This document shows, piece by piece, positions 54,782 to 64,000 of a stretch of 64,000 nucleotides of DNA. Position 1 is the stretch's first letter. Each line of letters begins with the position of its first letter. This DNA comes from Clostridiales bacterium UBA1234 (lineage in GTDB: Bacteria; Bacillota; Clostridia; TANB77; UBA1234), in assembly GCA_002308995.1 (NCBI GenBank), contig DBWQ01000009.1:12852-76851 (forward strand), written 5' to 3'. The position numbers and the translations under genes are program-made. The notes beneath the pieces are model-generated. The model saw only the letters and a list, made by a program, of their open reading frames with translations, did not search any database and was not told the origin of the DNA.

Positions 54782-55738
54782 TTAGTTTCCTTCAAAATCT
54801 GGTTCTACATCATAATAAACAGGTTCATCAAAGTTTTCATCTTCCACCGTACAATTTGTCATCGTATATGCTTCCTTATCGCCAAACGCTGGGTAAGTGT
54901 TATCTTTAAAAGTACAATGCTCCAAGATAATATCAGAGCAAGAATAAGTGGAAAACAAAGAAGTATACTCTTTGCATAAGTTTTCATACACATCACAGTT
55001 TTTAAGAGTAAATCTATGGCAGTTTTCTAGCACAAAACCGGAGTATTCTTGGTTGTTGTGAAAAGAACTATCTTCAAAACTAAAATCATTGCAACTATGT
55101 AACTCCAAAATACCTTCTGTGCAATCATAGATTTCAGAGTTGGTAACAGTAACATGAGAAGTGTCATTTGCGATGATGCCATAAGTACCACAGCCATATA
55201 AATGGCAATCATCTACAGTGATATTTTGACAATCTTCTAAATGAAGGACACCACCAAAGCAGGTTCCCTTTTCCACTTCGTGACCTAGGGTAAGGCCGCT
55301 TAATTTGATATCGTGACACTTTTTAAAATTGAGAACATTGACGTGACCAGAAGAAACAACCAGTGTTGTCGGTGCTTTTTCTGCCACAATCTCTATATGA
55401 TCCACATCATGAATCGTGTATTCATTTCCAATAAACCAATCATCGGTTTCAACCCATTCATTTGTGATGGGAGAAGGAATAGAAGATAGGTTATACATAG
55501 TTTCTGTTAAGATGAATCTTGTATATGGTTTGATATTTTCTAATAAATCTTTAGGAGTAGAAACTTTGATTTCCGTATAGTTTGGCTCATTTTTAACCTC
55601 ATTTTTTTCTTCTAATTCAGTTACGGTAGTGGCTTCAGTATCTACGGGTTTGTTAGTTTCCTTTTCCCTAGCAGTTTGACAACCAGTTAGCACCAATAAC
55701 ATGATGACTAGTAAGATAATAAGAGTTATTTTTTTCAT
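54782..55738 (-). CDS. Lipoprotein with right-handed parallel beta-helix repeats.
   Basis: Lipobox LTGC. Repetitive Cys/His-containing beta-helix rungs (VDDCHLYGCGTYGIIANDTSHVTVTNSEIYDC). Confidence 0.6.
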   Translation of the reverse strand: MKKITLIILLVIMLLVLTGCQTAREKETNKPVDTEATTVTELEEKNEVKNEPNYTEIKVSTPKDLLENIKPYTRFILTETMYNLSSIPSPITNEWVETDDWFIGNEYTIHDVDHIEIVAEKAPTTLVVSSGHVNVLNFKKCHDIKLSGLTLGHEVEKGTCFGGVLHLEDCQNITVDDCHLYGCGTYGIIANDTSHVTVTNSEIYDCTEGILELHSCNDFSFEDSSFHNNQEYSGFVLENCHRFTLKNCDVYENLCKEYTSLFSTYSCSDIILEHCTFKDNTYPAFGDKEAYTMTNCTVEDENFDEPVYYDVEPDFEGN

Positions 55739-55839
55739 GATTCATCCCTCCATTTTTATCTTAAGATAGAATATCATAGAAAAATGATTTTTTCAAGTTA
55801 ACGAAGGAAGAAACGATTGGTGTTTGTCATGGATAGGCA

Positions 55840-55875
55840 CATTACTCTTGACAGAACAGATTCTTTTGCTATGAT
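55840..55875 (+). promoter_or_regulatory. Sigma-A promoter for the FNT-like gene.
   Basis: TTGACA, a 16-nt spacer, then TATGAT. Confidence 0.5.
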
Positions 55876-55903
55876 AATGTTAGAGTGAAAAGGGGAGAAA
55901 AGG

Positions 55904-57022
55904 ATGAAAACAAACATAGAATTAGTGAACAAGAGTATTGCAGCATCTTTATTAATCGCTTTGGGAGACTTTGCTTTATTAAAGCTTGGAACACCAATTG
56001 GTCCTGTGATTTTTGCTCTGGGACTTTTAGGTGTTTGTTACATGAATCTAAACTTATTTACAGGGAAATGTGGTTTTGTGTTTTCAGATAAAATCAAATG
56101 GGAAGACTTGCTGACGATACTTATCGTTAATTTGGTAGCAGGATATATGATGGGTCTTGTGTTTTCTATTACCGATTATGATGTATATAAAAATGCAATT
56201 GCCAAGGTGGCAACATGGGATGTATCGATTGCTTTTTTCGTTAGGTCTATTTTGTGTGGCGTTATTATGTATGTGGCAGTATTACTATACAAAAAGGGAA
56301 CACCTCTTGGAATTTTATATGGCATTCCATTATTTATTTTTTGTGGATTTCAACACTGTATTGCTAATATTATCACGCTAGGGGCAGCTAGAACCTTTCA
56401 TCTTTCTATTTATGTGTGTGTACTAGGTAATTTGATAGGTTCACTTCTCATTTGGTATCTTTCGAAAGAAAGAGAAACTGTAATCATCCAAGAAAAACCG
56501 CAAGTGTTAGCACTTAGTCAAATTTCGACTATTTCTCAAGACGAAGTTCAAAATGCATTTGCAGTTTCTTCTCAAAACGTTATCAAGGGACTTGGCAAAA
56601 AAATAAAACCTTCTGAAGCATTTTTTAAAGTGATTTTGAAAAATGAAGGAGAAGAAATAGTCGAAAACATTTCCTTTTATTCATTTCACAATGGTAAACA
56701 GTGTGAAAATGTGAAAAAAGAGAACACAAAACATCTTAAAATCATAGCAAATCAAGAATTAGAAATTGATTTTGATGTGAAATATTTTGTCAAAAAAGAA
56801 GAACAAGGAGTTTTAAAAGCTGACTGCGTTCATTTACTTTGTGAGTACGAGGATAGTAAGAAACAGAAGCATCAAATGATTTTAGGGATTGTCATCAAGG
56901 ATGAAAAAGAGAAAATTCCTGTTTTTGAAAGCTTTGTGAGAGTAGAAAAGTCAAGTGAGTTTAAAGAAGCACTTAAGCAATACCAAGAAGTGTATGAGAA
57001 AATTCAAAAGAAAATAGTCTAA
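55904..57022 (+). CDS. Formate/nitrite transporter (FNT) family-like membrane protein fused to a roughly 180-aa cytoplasmic C-terminal domain.
   Basis: FCGFQHCIANII resembles the FNT signature (GFEHSIANM). N-terminal TM helices. C-terminal domain unknown. Confidence 0.55.
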   Translation: MKTNIELVNKSIAASLLIALGDFALLKLGTPIGPVIFALGLLGVCYMNLNLFTGKCGFVFSDKIKWEDLLTILIVNLVAGYMMGLVFSITDYDVYKNAIAKVATWDVSIAFFVRSILCGVIMYVAVLLYKKGTPLGILYGIPLFIFCGFQHCIANIITLGAARTFHLSIYVCVLGNLIGSLLIWYLSKERETVIIQEKPQVLALSQISTISQDEVQNAFAVSSQNVIKGLGKKIKPSEAFFKVILKNEGEEIVENISFYSFHNGKQCENVKKENTKHLKIIANQELEIDFDVKYFVKKEEQGVLKADCVHLLCEYEDSKKQKHQMILGIVIKDEKEKIPVFESFVRVEKSSEFKEALKQYQEVYEKIQKKIV

Positions 57023-57034
57023 ATAAAAAGCCAA

Positions 57035-57065
57035 AAGCAAGTGATTGAAAAGTCACTTGCTTTTA
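57035..57065 (+). terminator. Rho-independent terminator.
   Basis: AAGCAAGTGATTG aaa AGTCACTTGCTTTT. Confidence 0.65.
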
Positions 57066-57095
57066 TGGTATGATAGTACCAAAGGGGAGAAGAAT

Positions 57096-58451
57096 ATGCT
57101 AGAAAAACTATTTCATTTAAAAGAAAATAATACGACAGTGGGCCAAGAGTGCATGGCGGGCTTGACCACTTTTTTTGCCATGGCTTATATTATTTTTGTC
57201 ATTCCTTCCATTTTAAGTGGAACGGGAATGGATTATAATGCTGTATATGCTGCTACCATTTTTGCATCCATTGTAGGAACCTTAATTATGGGGCTCTATG
57301 CCAATGTTCCTTATGCACAAGCATCAGGGTTGGCACTGGCAAGTTTATTTGCTTATACCATTTGTGGTAACCTAGGTTACACGTGGCAACAAGCCTTAGC
57401 GATGATTTTTATGTGTGGTGTCATTAATGTGATTGTCACGATTACATCACTTCGCAAAAGAATCATCAAAGCGATTCCTGGGTTTATGCAAGAAGCAATT
57501 ACTGTGGGAATAGGATTATTTATCACTTATATTGGATTAACAAATGCCAAAATCATTGAATTTGGCGCAAGTAGTATCACAGGCGGTATTGCCAATGATG
57601 TGGTGCCAAGAATATCTGGATTTACGAGTGCAGGCGTCGTTTTGGCCATTATCGGGTTACTAATTACCACGGTGTTATTAGTCAAAAAAGTAAAAGGTGC
57701 GTATCTTATGAGTATTATCCTAACTACTTTGATTGGGATTCCGATGGGGGTAACAAGCCTTCCTGATTTCTCAAATGGCATGCATCTTCCATCCGTTGCA
57801 CCAACTTTTTTACAAATGGATTTTGAGGGGATTTTTACAGCGGGTTCTGGTTTGTTAGTGGTATTGATGACGATATTTACACTATCAGTATCAGACTTAT
57901 TTGATACGATTGGCGTATTTATTGGCACGGGAAAAAAGAGTGGAATTTTTCACCTTGATGAAAATGGAAACATGCCAAAGAATTTAGAAAGAGCATTAAT
58001 TGCTGATTCGGTAAGTACGGTTGTTGCCTCTGTTTTGGGAACCAGTAATATCACCACTTATATCGAATCAAGTGCGGGCATTGAGGCTGGTGGAAGAACA
58101 GGACTTACTTCGGTGACGGTGGCGCTTTTGTTTTTCTTATCACTATTTTTAGCACCTATCATTAGCTGTGTACCTATGGCAGCAGTAGCTCCTGTACTTA
58201 TCATGATTGGATTGTCCATGCTTGCTAATATTGCAAAAATTGATTTTAAAGATTACGTGATTGCTATCCCAGCTTTCTTTATTATTGTGTTAATGCCTTT
58301 ATCGTATTCGATAACTACTGGGATTGAATTTGGCTTTATTGCCTATAGTGTTACGAGTTTGTTAACGGATAAGAAAAAGGAAGTTTCACCAATGATTTAT
58401 TTCTTTGCTATATTCTTTGTAATCAAGTATGTGTACCAGGCAATAGGGTAG
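57096..58451 (+). CDS. NCS2 family purine permease (guanine/hypoxanthine permease, PbuG/AzgA-like).
   Basis: Conserved N-terminus EKLFHLKENNTTVGQECMAGLTTFFAMAYIIFV and 12 or more TM helices. AAGGGGAG ribosome-binding site. Confidence 0.85.
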   Translation: MLEKLFHLKENNTTVGQECMAGLTTFFAMAYIIFVIPSILSGTGMDYNAVYAATIFASIVGTLIMGLYANVPYAQASGLALASLFAYTICGNLGYTWQQALAMIFMCGVINVIVTITSLRKRIIKAIPGFMQEAITVGIGLFITYIGLTNAKIIEFGASSITGGIANDVVPRISGFTSAGVVLAIIGLLITTVLLVKKVKGAYLMSIILTTLIGIPMGVTSLPDFSNGMHLPSVAPTFLQMDFEGIFTAGSGLLVVLMTIFTLSVSDLFDTIGVFIGTGKKSGIFHLDENGNMPKNLERALIADSVSTVVASVLGTSNITTYIESSAGIEAGGRTGLTSVTVALLFFLSLFLAPIISCVPMAAVAPVLIMIGLSMLANIAKIDFKDYVIAIPAFFIIVLMPLSYSITTGIEFGFIAYSVTSLLTDKKKEVSPMIYFFAIFFVIKYVYQAIG

Positions 58452-58482
58452 AAAAGGGTTGACTTTTGAAGTATGAAGAGAT

Positions 58483-58519
58483 ATACTTGTACTAGTAGAG
58501 CTAGTACAAGTATTTTTTT
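58483..58519 (+). terminator. Rho-independent terminator.
   Basis: ATACTTGTACTAG tagag CTAGTACAAGTATTTTTTT. Confidence 0.75.
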
Positions 58520-58566
58520 AAATGATAAAACTTTAAAATTGAATCATACTAAGTAAAAAGGAATTA

Positions 58567-59278
58567 GTGATCATTATGAAAATCGTAAAAAGAATCATCA
58601 AATTCATAATTCTCGTTGCAATCGTTGCGGTGCTTATTTTTGTACAGCGAGGGCATGAACTATATATGGAGGCCATATTAGAAACACCCATTGCTGAAAA
58701 AGTAGCCAGTATCAAAGAAAAGAACAATTATACGTATTTGGATGAGATACCAGAAATCTATAAAAAAGCAGTGATTGCAGTAGAGGATAACCGCTTTTAT
58801 GCACATACACGGCATTGACCCTATTTCAGTAATTAGGGCTGTTGTACATGATATACAGGCACTTTCGCCAGTAGAAGGAGGAAGCACCATCACCCAACAG
58901 CTTGCCAAAAATATATACTTTACCCAAGAAAAGAAAATGACTAGAAAAATAGCAGAGGCGTTTATGGCGGTGGCATTAGAACAAGAACTAGAAAAGGACG
59001 ATATCTTAGAATTATACATTAATACTTGCTATTTTGGTGATGGGTATTACAACATCAAAGACGCTTGCAAAGGATATTTTAAAAAGGAATTAAATGAAAT
59101 GACAGATTACGAAGCAACGATGCTTGCCGGCATTCCTAATGCACCAAGTGTTTATGCACCAACCAAAAATTTAGAGCTTGCAAAGCAAAGGCAAGAGCAA
59201 GTATTAGATAGCATGGTAAGGTTTAACACGATTACCAAAAAAGAAGCAGAAGAGATCTTAAAAGAAGGGGAAACTTAA
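58567..59278 (+). pseudogene. mtgA: Monofunctional peptidoglycan glycosyltransferase (GT51, MtgA-like) interrupted by a 1-nt frameshift near 58805-58815.
   Basis: ORF 58567-58818 ends ..EDNRFYAHTRH*. ORF 58799-59278 continues ..GIDPIS...GGSTITQQLAKN...RKIAEA. The consensus EDxRFxxHxGID is restored if one base is removed from CATACACGGCATT. Confidence 0.7.
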
Positions 59279-59528
59279 ACTCTGGAACGTCCTTATTAGA
59301 CCAAAGCTTTTATGACAGAATAGAAATATAGTACTTCAAATAAAAAATGTATTCCATTTTGCACGGGACTACGCTCATAAGAAAAGACACGTGAAAGCTT
59401 CGTACAGCATACAAAAATTTTTACAAGGAATCCGGCTGACGCACTCCTTATAAAAATTTTTTTTGCTGTAAACATAGCTTTCACGGCTTTTCTAATTCAC
59501 TCCGTATGTGCTTAAATGGAATACATTT

Positions 59529-62123
59529 TTATTTGACAATTAGTTCTGTTTTGTTAAAATCAACCGTTATTTCTGAGTTCGGCTTTACCTTTTCCTCCAA
59601 AATACTTCTGGCAATTAATGTTTCTAGCTTTCTTTGCACAAATCTCTTTAAAGGTCTTGCACCATAAACTGGGTCGTAGCCGTTATCGATTAAATAATCT
59701 TTGGCGCTATCTGTTAAGGTAAGGGATAGGTGCTTTTCCGTAAGTCTATTTTCTAAGTCTTTGATTAATAAGTCTAAAATCTTTCTAATTTGCTCTTTTT
59801 GTAATGGCTTGTAGAAGACGATTTCATCGAGCCTATTTAAAAATTCTGGTCGAAAACTTTGCTTTAATAGTTTTTCAACTTTTTCTTTGGCATCTGGTGA
59901 AATTTCTCCATTTTCTGTGATTCCTTCTAAGATGTAATCAGAGCCTAAGTTAGAAGTCAAGATAATAATCGTATTTTTAAAATCAACGGTTCTACCTTGA
60001 GAATCGGTGATTCTTCCGTCATCTAATACTTGAAGAAGTACGTTAAATACATCTGGATGGGCTTTTTCAATTTCATCAAATAGAATGACACTATATGGTT
60101 TTCTACGAACTGCCTCGGTAAGTTGACCGCCTTCTTCATAACCAACATACCCTGGAGGAGCTCCAATTAAACGAGAAACACTAAATTTCTCCATGTATTC
60201 CGACATATCAATTCTTACGATATTATGCTCATCATCAAATAAGCTTTCGGCAAGTGCTTTGGCAAGCTCTGTTTTACCAACACCTGTAGGACCTAAAAAT
60301 AAGAAGGAACCAATGGGTCTTTTCTCATCTTGTATGCCAGCGCGAGAGCGGATAATAGCTTCGGTAACTTTTTGGACAGCTTCGTCTTGACCAATCACTC
60401 TTTGATGTAGTATTTTATCTAAGTTTAAGATTTTATTTCTTTCACTTTCCATTAACTTTGTAACAGGAATGCCAGTCCATTTGGCAACGATTTTAGATAT
60501 TTCATCTTCAGTAACTTTGTTACGAAGTAGGGAAGGGGTGCTATCTTTTTTCTCTGCTTTTTCTTCTTCTTCTTTTAACTGTTTTTGAAGTTCTGGAAGA
60601 CGACCATATTTTAATTCTGCTGCCTTATCTAGTTTGTAATCACGTTCTGCGGCTTCCATTTGGGCGTTGACTGATTCAATTTCTTCACGAAGTTTTTGCA
60701 CCTTGCCAATCGAGTCTTTTTCACTTTCCCATTTTGCTTTTAAGGTGTTAAACTTATCTTTTAATTCTGCTTTTTCTTTTTGAATTTCCTCCAAACGCTT
60801 TAAGGAGAATTCATCATTTTCTTTCTTTAATGCCGTTTCTTCAATTTCGCATTGCATGATTTTATGAGAGATTTCATCAAGCTCTGTTGGCATGGATTCG
60901 AGTTCTGTTTTGATTAAAGCGCAGGCTTCATCAATTAAATCGATAGCTTTATCTGGTAGAAAACGATCGGTAATGTAACGATGGGAGAGAGTAGCGGCTG
61001 CAATGATGGCACTATCGGCAATTTTCACACCATGATAAACTTCATATCTTTCTTTTAGTCCTCTTAAAATAGAAATGGTATCTTCAACACTTGGTTCATC
61101 TACCAAGACTGGCTGGAACCTTCTTTCTAGCGCAGCATCTTTTTCAATATATTCACGATATTCATTTAAAGTGGTGGCACCAATGCAGTGAAGCTCTCCT
61201 CTGGCAAGCATTGGCTTTAAGATGTTTCCAGCATCCATGGCACCATCCGTTTTGCCAGCACCTACAATTAAATGAAGCTCATCTATAAACAAGATGATTT
61301 TTCCTTCACTCTTTTTCACTTCTTGTAGAACTGCTTTTAATCTCTCTTCAAATTCACCACGATACTTGGCACCGGCAACTAAGGCACCCATATCCAAAGA
61401 GAAAATGGTGCAATCTTTTAAGCCTTCTGGCACATCACCACGCACAATTCTAAGAGCCATACCTTCTGCAATCGCTGTTTTACCAACACCTGGCTCACCA
61501 ATTAGCACAGGATTATTTTTGGTTTTTCTGGAAAGAATACGAATCACATTTCGAATTTCATCATCTCTACCAATCACGGGATCTAGCTTTTGTTTTCTTG
61601 CCATATCCACTAAATCGGTACCATATTTTTTAAGGACATCGTAAGTGGATTCTGGGTTATCTGTGGTAACTCTCGCGTTGCCACGTACCTCTGCCAAAAC
61701 CTTCAAAAACTTTTCGTAGGTAATTTGGAAAGTTTTGAAAAGGTTTGCAAGTCCTTGGCTTGGTTTATTGATGATACCAAGCATAATGTGCTCCACTGAA
61801 ACATATTCGTCCTTCATTTTCTTCATCACTTTTTCGGCTTCCACAAGCGCCATATCCAAATCTCCAGAAACATAAATGTTGCCACTTTGTCTTGGCGTAC
61901 CTACAATGCGAGCTTTTTGACTTACTAATTGTTCCACTTGACTTTCAAATGTATCCGGCACATTCATTTTGTGAAGAAGTTCCTTAATTAAACTATCTTC
62001 CCCTCTTAATAAAGCCAAAAGTACATGCTCCTGACCAACCTCCGTATGTTGATACTCGATAGCAATGTTTTGTGCCTCTTGCACTGCCTCGATTGATTTT
62101 TGAGTAAATTGATTCAAATTCAT
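59529..62123 (-). CDS. clpB: ATP-dependent chaperone ClpB.
   Basis: Two AAA modules (GEPGVGKT ... and GPTGVGKTE), a long middle coiled-coil, and the N-terminal Clp_N repeats. Start at the ATG after AAAGGAGG. Confidence 0.95.
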   Translation of the reverse strand: MNLNQFTQKSIEAVQEAQNIAIEYQHTEVGQEHVLLALLRGEDSLIKELLHKMNVPDTFESQVEQLVSQKARIVGTPRQSGNIYVSGDLDMALVEAEKVMKKMKDEYVSVEHIMLGIINKPSQGLANLFKTFQITYEKFLKVLAEVRGNARVTTDNPESTYDVLKKYGTDLVDMARKQKLDPVIGRDDEIRNVIRILSRKTKNNPVLIGEPGVGKTAIAEGMALRIVRGDVPEGLKDCTIFSLDMGALVAGAKYRGEFEERLKAVLQEVKKSEGKIILFIDELHLIVGAGKTDGAMDAGNILKPMLARGELHCIGATTLNEYREYIEKDAALERRFQPVLVDEPSVEDTISILRGLKERYEVYHGVKIADSAIIAAATLSHRYITDRFLPDKAIDLIDEACALIKTELESMPTELDEISHKIMQCEIEETALKKENDEFSLKRLEEIQKEKAELKDKFNTLKAKWESEKDSIGKVQKLREEIESVNAQMEAAERDYKLDKAAELKYGRLPELQKQLKEEEEKAEKKDSTPSLLRNKVTEDEISKIVAKWTGIPVTKLMESERNKILNLDKILHQRVIGQDEAVQKVTEAIIRSRAGIQDEKRPIGSFLFLGPTGVGKTELAKALAESLFDDEHNIVRIDMSEYMEKFSVSRLIGAPPGYVGYEEGGQLTEAVRRKPYSVILFDEIEKAHPDVFNVLLQVLDDGRITDSQGRTVDFKNTIIILTSNLGSDYILEGITENGEISPDAKEKVEKLLKQSFRPEFLNRLDEIVFYKPLQKEQIRKILDLLIKDLENRLTEKHLSLTLTDSAKDYLIDNGYDPVYGARPLKRFVQRKLETLIARSILEEKVKPNSEITVDFNKTELIVK

Positions 62124-62165
62124 CACATAACCTCCTTTATCATTTTCCAAAAGTAGTATCTACTT

Positions 62166-62192
62166 TTAGCACTCTTTATATTCGACTGCTAA
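62166..62192. promoter_or_regulatory. CIRCE element (HrcA operator) in the clpB leader.
   Basis: TTAGCACTC-N9-GACTGCTAA matches TTAGCACTC-N9-GAGTGCTAA at 17/18 positions and lies between the clpB promoter and ribosome-binding site. Confidence 0.7.
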
Positions 62193-62193
62193 T

Positions 62194-62223
62194 ATCATAT
62201 TACAAAGGTCAGAGAAAGTCAAT
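62194..62223 (-). promoter_or_regulatory. clpB sigma-A promoter overlapping a CtsR-like tandem heptad.
   Basis: On the minus strand: TTGACT, a 17-nt spacer, then TATGAT. The + strand reads AGGTCAGAGAAAGTCAA, compared with the CtsR consensus GGTCAAAnanGGTCAAA. Confidence 0.55.
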
Positions 62224-62239
62224 ATGTTTTTAAAAAATA

Positions 62240-62276
62240 AATACCCCACTACCATTTTGATTTGGTAGAGGGGTGT
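62240..62276 (-). terminator. Terminator for the MBL-fold gene (minus strand).
   Basis: The minus strand reads CCCCTCTACCA aatcaaaa TGGTAGTGGGG followed by TATTTATTTTTT. Confidence 0.55.
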
Positions 62277-62279
62277 TTG

Positions 62280-62957
62280 TTACATTTCAATGGATGTTCC
62301 CTGAATCAGTTTTTGAATTTTTTCTTTGTCATCTAGGTGCATCAAAACTACATGAGCACCAGTATTGGCAATCTTTTGTAAGTATTCTAAATGCTCGTCG
62401 AGCTTTAAGTGTACTTCACCACTGTTTGCCGAAACATCCACAAAGAGATAGAAGTTTTCGCCTTTATCGATGTAGTAGGCAAAAGGGGCAAGCGTTCTGG
62501 TATCACCAGTGTACACAATATTGGCATTAACGATAACGGTATAAAAGCCATAGCAGTCCATGCCGGCGGCGTGAGTGGTCTGAATAAACTGAATCTTGCG
62601 GTTAAAGTTTCGTGTGTAAAGCTCTGTGCCAGAGGCATCTTTTCTAGGGGCACCACGCATAGCAAGACAAGCTTCAATGTCTTTGCAAGCACTCATTAAA
62701 TTGATGTTTTTCTTTAGCACAAAATGGCACCAAAGGATAAATTGGGCAAGGCTTCCGGCATGGTCATCGTGAAGGTGAGTAATGATCACGTCAATGCCAT
62801 CCACGCTTTCTAAAAGATCTTTCATTTTTTGAAGCTTTGGAAACACGGTAATACCGCAATCGATTAGCACAAAGCGGTTGTTTTCGATGAAGTAGGCGGA
62901 ATTATTGTTTTCGCCAAAGCCAGCATCTTTGCCCAAAAAGGTGAGAACATTCTGCAT
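62280..62957 (-). CDS. MBL-fold metallo-hydrolase.
   Basis: IITHLHDDHAG (HxHxDH motif). Confidence 0.8.
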   Translation of the reverse strand: MQNVLTFLGKDAGFGENNNSAYFIENNRFVLIDCGITVFPKLQKMKDLLESVDGIDVIITHLHDDHAGSLAQFILWCHFVLKKNINLMSACKDIEACLAMRGAPRKDASGTELYTRNFNRKIQFIQTTHAAGMDCYGFYTVIVNANIVYTGDTRTLAPFAYYIDKGENFYLFVDVSANSGEVHLKLDEHLEYLQKIANTGAHVVLMHLDDKEKIQKLIQGTSIEM

Positions 62958-63073
62958 AGATAGAACCTTCCTTTCAAAAAAATTAAAATTTGCTTCATTA
63001 TAATATGATTAACATAAAAATGCAAGGGAGAAGCTGAATTTTCATAAATAGGGTTGCAAGAAGTTATGCTTGT

Positions 63074-63754
63074 TTACGACTCAATAGAGGAGAGATATGA
63101 TTTAAAATATTCTTCCCACTCTGGTACATTTTCTTCCTCAAATAAATGATGAAGCATCTCCACCACAATTTGATGCCTATTTTGTGCCTCTTGTTTTCCA
63201 GCTGTAGTCAGCATTAAACCTTTTAATTTTAAGATTTTTTCAAATAAATGACATACGGAGGTGGAAGAAGTATTTTTCATATAATTTGTAGCATCTAAGA
63301 TTTCACGAGGAAAAATGGTTTTATCAAAAAATGAATCTCCATGTTTTAGGCTATATTGATAGGTACGAATAACACCTGTTACTCCTAAGGCATCGCACAT
63401 ATCGGCATCCGAAACAATTTTTCCTTCTAGAGTATTTGGTACTAATCCTTTTAAACGTGTGCTATAACCAAGTTTTGTCAGTTCTGAACAAATCAGCTCC
63501 TGTTTTTCTTGTGATACTTTGCATTCTTTCAAAATCTTTCTGGCATGAGGAAGCTTTTTGGCATTCTCCATGCCAAATAATTTATAATCATCCACATCGT
63601 GCAAAAGCGCAATGTAGGAAACTATTTCAAAATCAGCATGTTCTTTTTTAGCAAAGTCGGTAGCAAGACGAAGCACACGCATCACATGATCCATATTGTG
63701 GCCAGAATCATCAGCCATTAATAAATCCGAAACTTTTGAAATCAACTCATCCAT
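63074..63754 (-). CDS. HD-domain phosphohydrolase.
   Basis: H...HDVDD (HD motif). Start chosen at the ATG (MDELISK) after GAGGTG. The ORF track extends further upstream without a ribosome-binding site. Confidence 0.7.
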   Translation of the reverse strand: MDELISKVSDLLMADDSGHNMDHVMRVLRLATDFAKKEHADFEIVSYIALLHDVDDYKLFGMENAKKLPHARKILKECKVSQEKQELICSELTKLGYSTRLKGLVPNTLEGKIVSDADMCDALGVTGVIRTYQYSLKHGDSFFDKTIFPREILDATNYMKNTSSTSVCHLFEKILKLKGLMLTTAGKQEAQNRHQIVVEMLHHLFEEENVPEWEEYFKSYLSSIES

Positions 63755-63892
63755 CAAAAAACACCTCAAGAAAATTGTAACAAAAAATAGAGCATGATAC
63801 AACAAAAAAGAATGACCAAAAAATAGCCATTCTTTTTTATTTGTGAAAACAAATTCATCACAATCAATCATCAATTAAACAATCGTTATTTA

Positions 63893-64000
63893 GACATATT
63901 GCTTTCAGCTTGATGGATAAGTTTTTTAACCATATAACCACCGATAGTACCAGCTTGCTTAGAAGTTAAGTCACCATTATAACCTTGCTTTAGGTTAACA
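63893..64000 (-). CDS. Alpha/beta-type small acid-soluble spore protein (partial; the 5' end lies beyond the window).
   Basis: The minus strand reads ..NLKQGYNGDLTSKQAGTIGGYMVKKLIHQAESNMSK*, which resembles the SASP C-terminal region GSVGGEITKRLV..AE. Confidence 0.55.

Noticed and set aside
57023-57095. Purine riboswitch upstream of the NCS2 purine permease.
   Set aside because: Only about 70 nt are available, largely occupied by the upstream terminator. No three-way-junction aptamer motifs are present.
1-64000. CRISPR arrays, tRNA or rRNA genes, IS elements or transposases.
   Set aside because: There are no regularly spaced direct repeats. No T-loop GTTCGAATC-type tRNA signatures sit in a cloverleaf context. 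No transposase-like ORFs are present. The only mobile-type gene is the stand-alone RT.

Overview
This is a 64-kb window from an AT-rich (about 33% GC) Firmicutes chromosome. It looks like a Clostridia-type spore former: it has SLH (S-layer homology) cell-wall-binding proteins, a partial alpha/beta-type small acid-soluble spore protein at the 3' edge, and classic CIRCE and CtsR heat-shock operators. Most genes are on the + strand and dense. I found no rRNA, tRNA or CRISPR. The window is accessory-like: many lipoproteins and surface proteins, duplicated paralogs, several frameshifted genes or gene remnants, and islands of foreign-looking GC-rich sequence.

The most notable loci:
1. A stand-alone reverse transcriptase (34338-35537, minus). 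It is not a group II intron. A strong sigma-A promoter fires exactly at an 11-bp perfect inverted repeat (a1/a2-like) that brackets about 110 nt of structured leader ending at the RT ribosome-binding site. This is a retron-like or defense-RT-like architecture.
2. A family of GC-rich structured repeats with compensatory stem changes. Two full copies (31581-31688 and 35711-35831) flank the 4-kb segment holding that RT, and a third partial copy lies at 51880-51908.
3. An AAA+/VWA gene cluster (45551-51213). Four homologous MoxR-like (AAA_5-like) ATPase modules are spread over three ORFs, one of them a catalytically degenerate stand-alone module. They are followed by a protein with a DUF2201_N-type HExxH putative metallopeptidase domain plus a VWA domain, and preceded by a leader with an intrinsic-terminator hairpin.
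4. A roughly 1-kb gene-poor, GC-rich, hairpin-dense region (25180-26040). It carries only one foreign-looking 115-aa ORF and is a candidate large structured RNA or long structured leader.

Other features of note: a VTC / DUF4956 / CotH-like / beta-helix gene neighbourhood; three paralogous SLH proteins; a radical SAM/SPASM enzyme in a PEP-utilizing/GNAT/AMP-ligase/CDF neighbourhood; clpB with promoter-embedded CIRCE plus a CtsR-like box; and frameshifted mtgA-like, ICMT-like and flavodoxin remnants.
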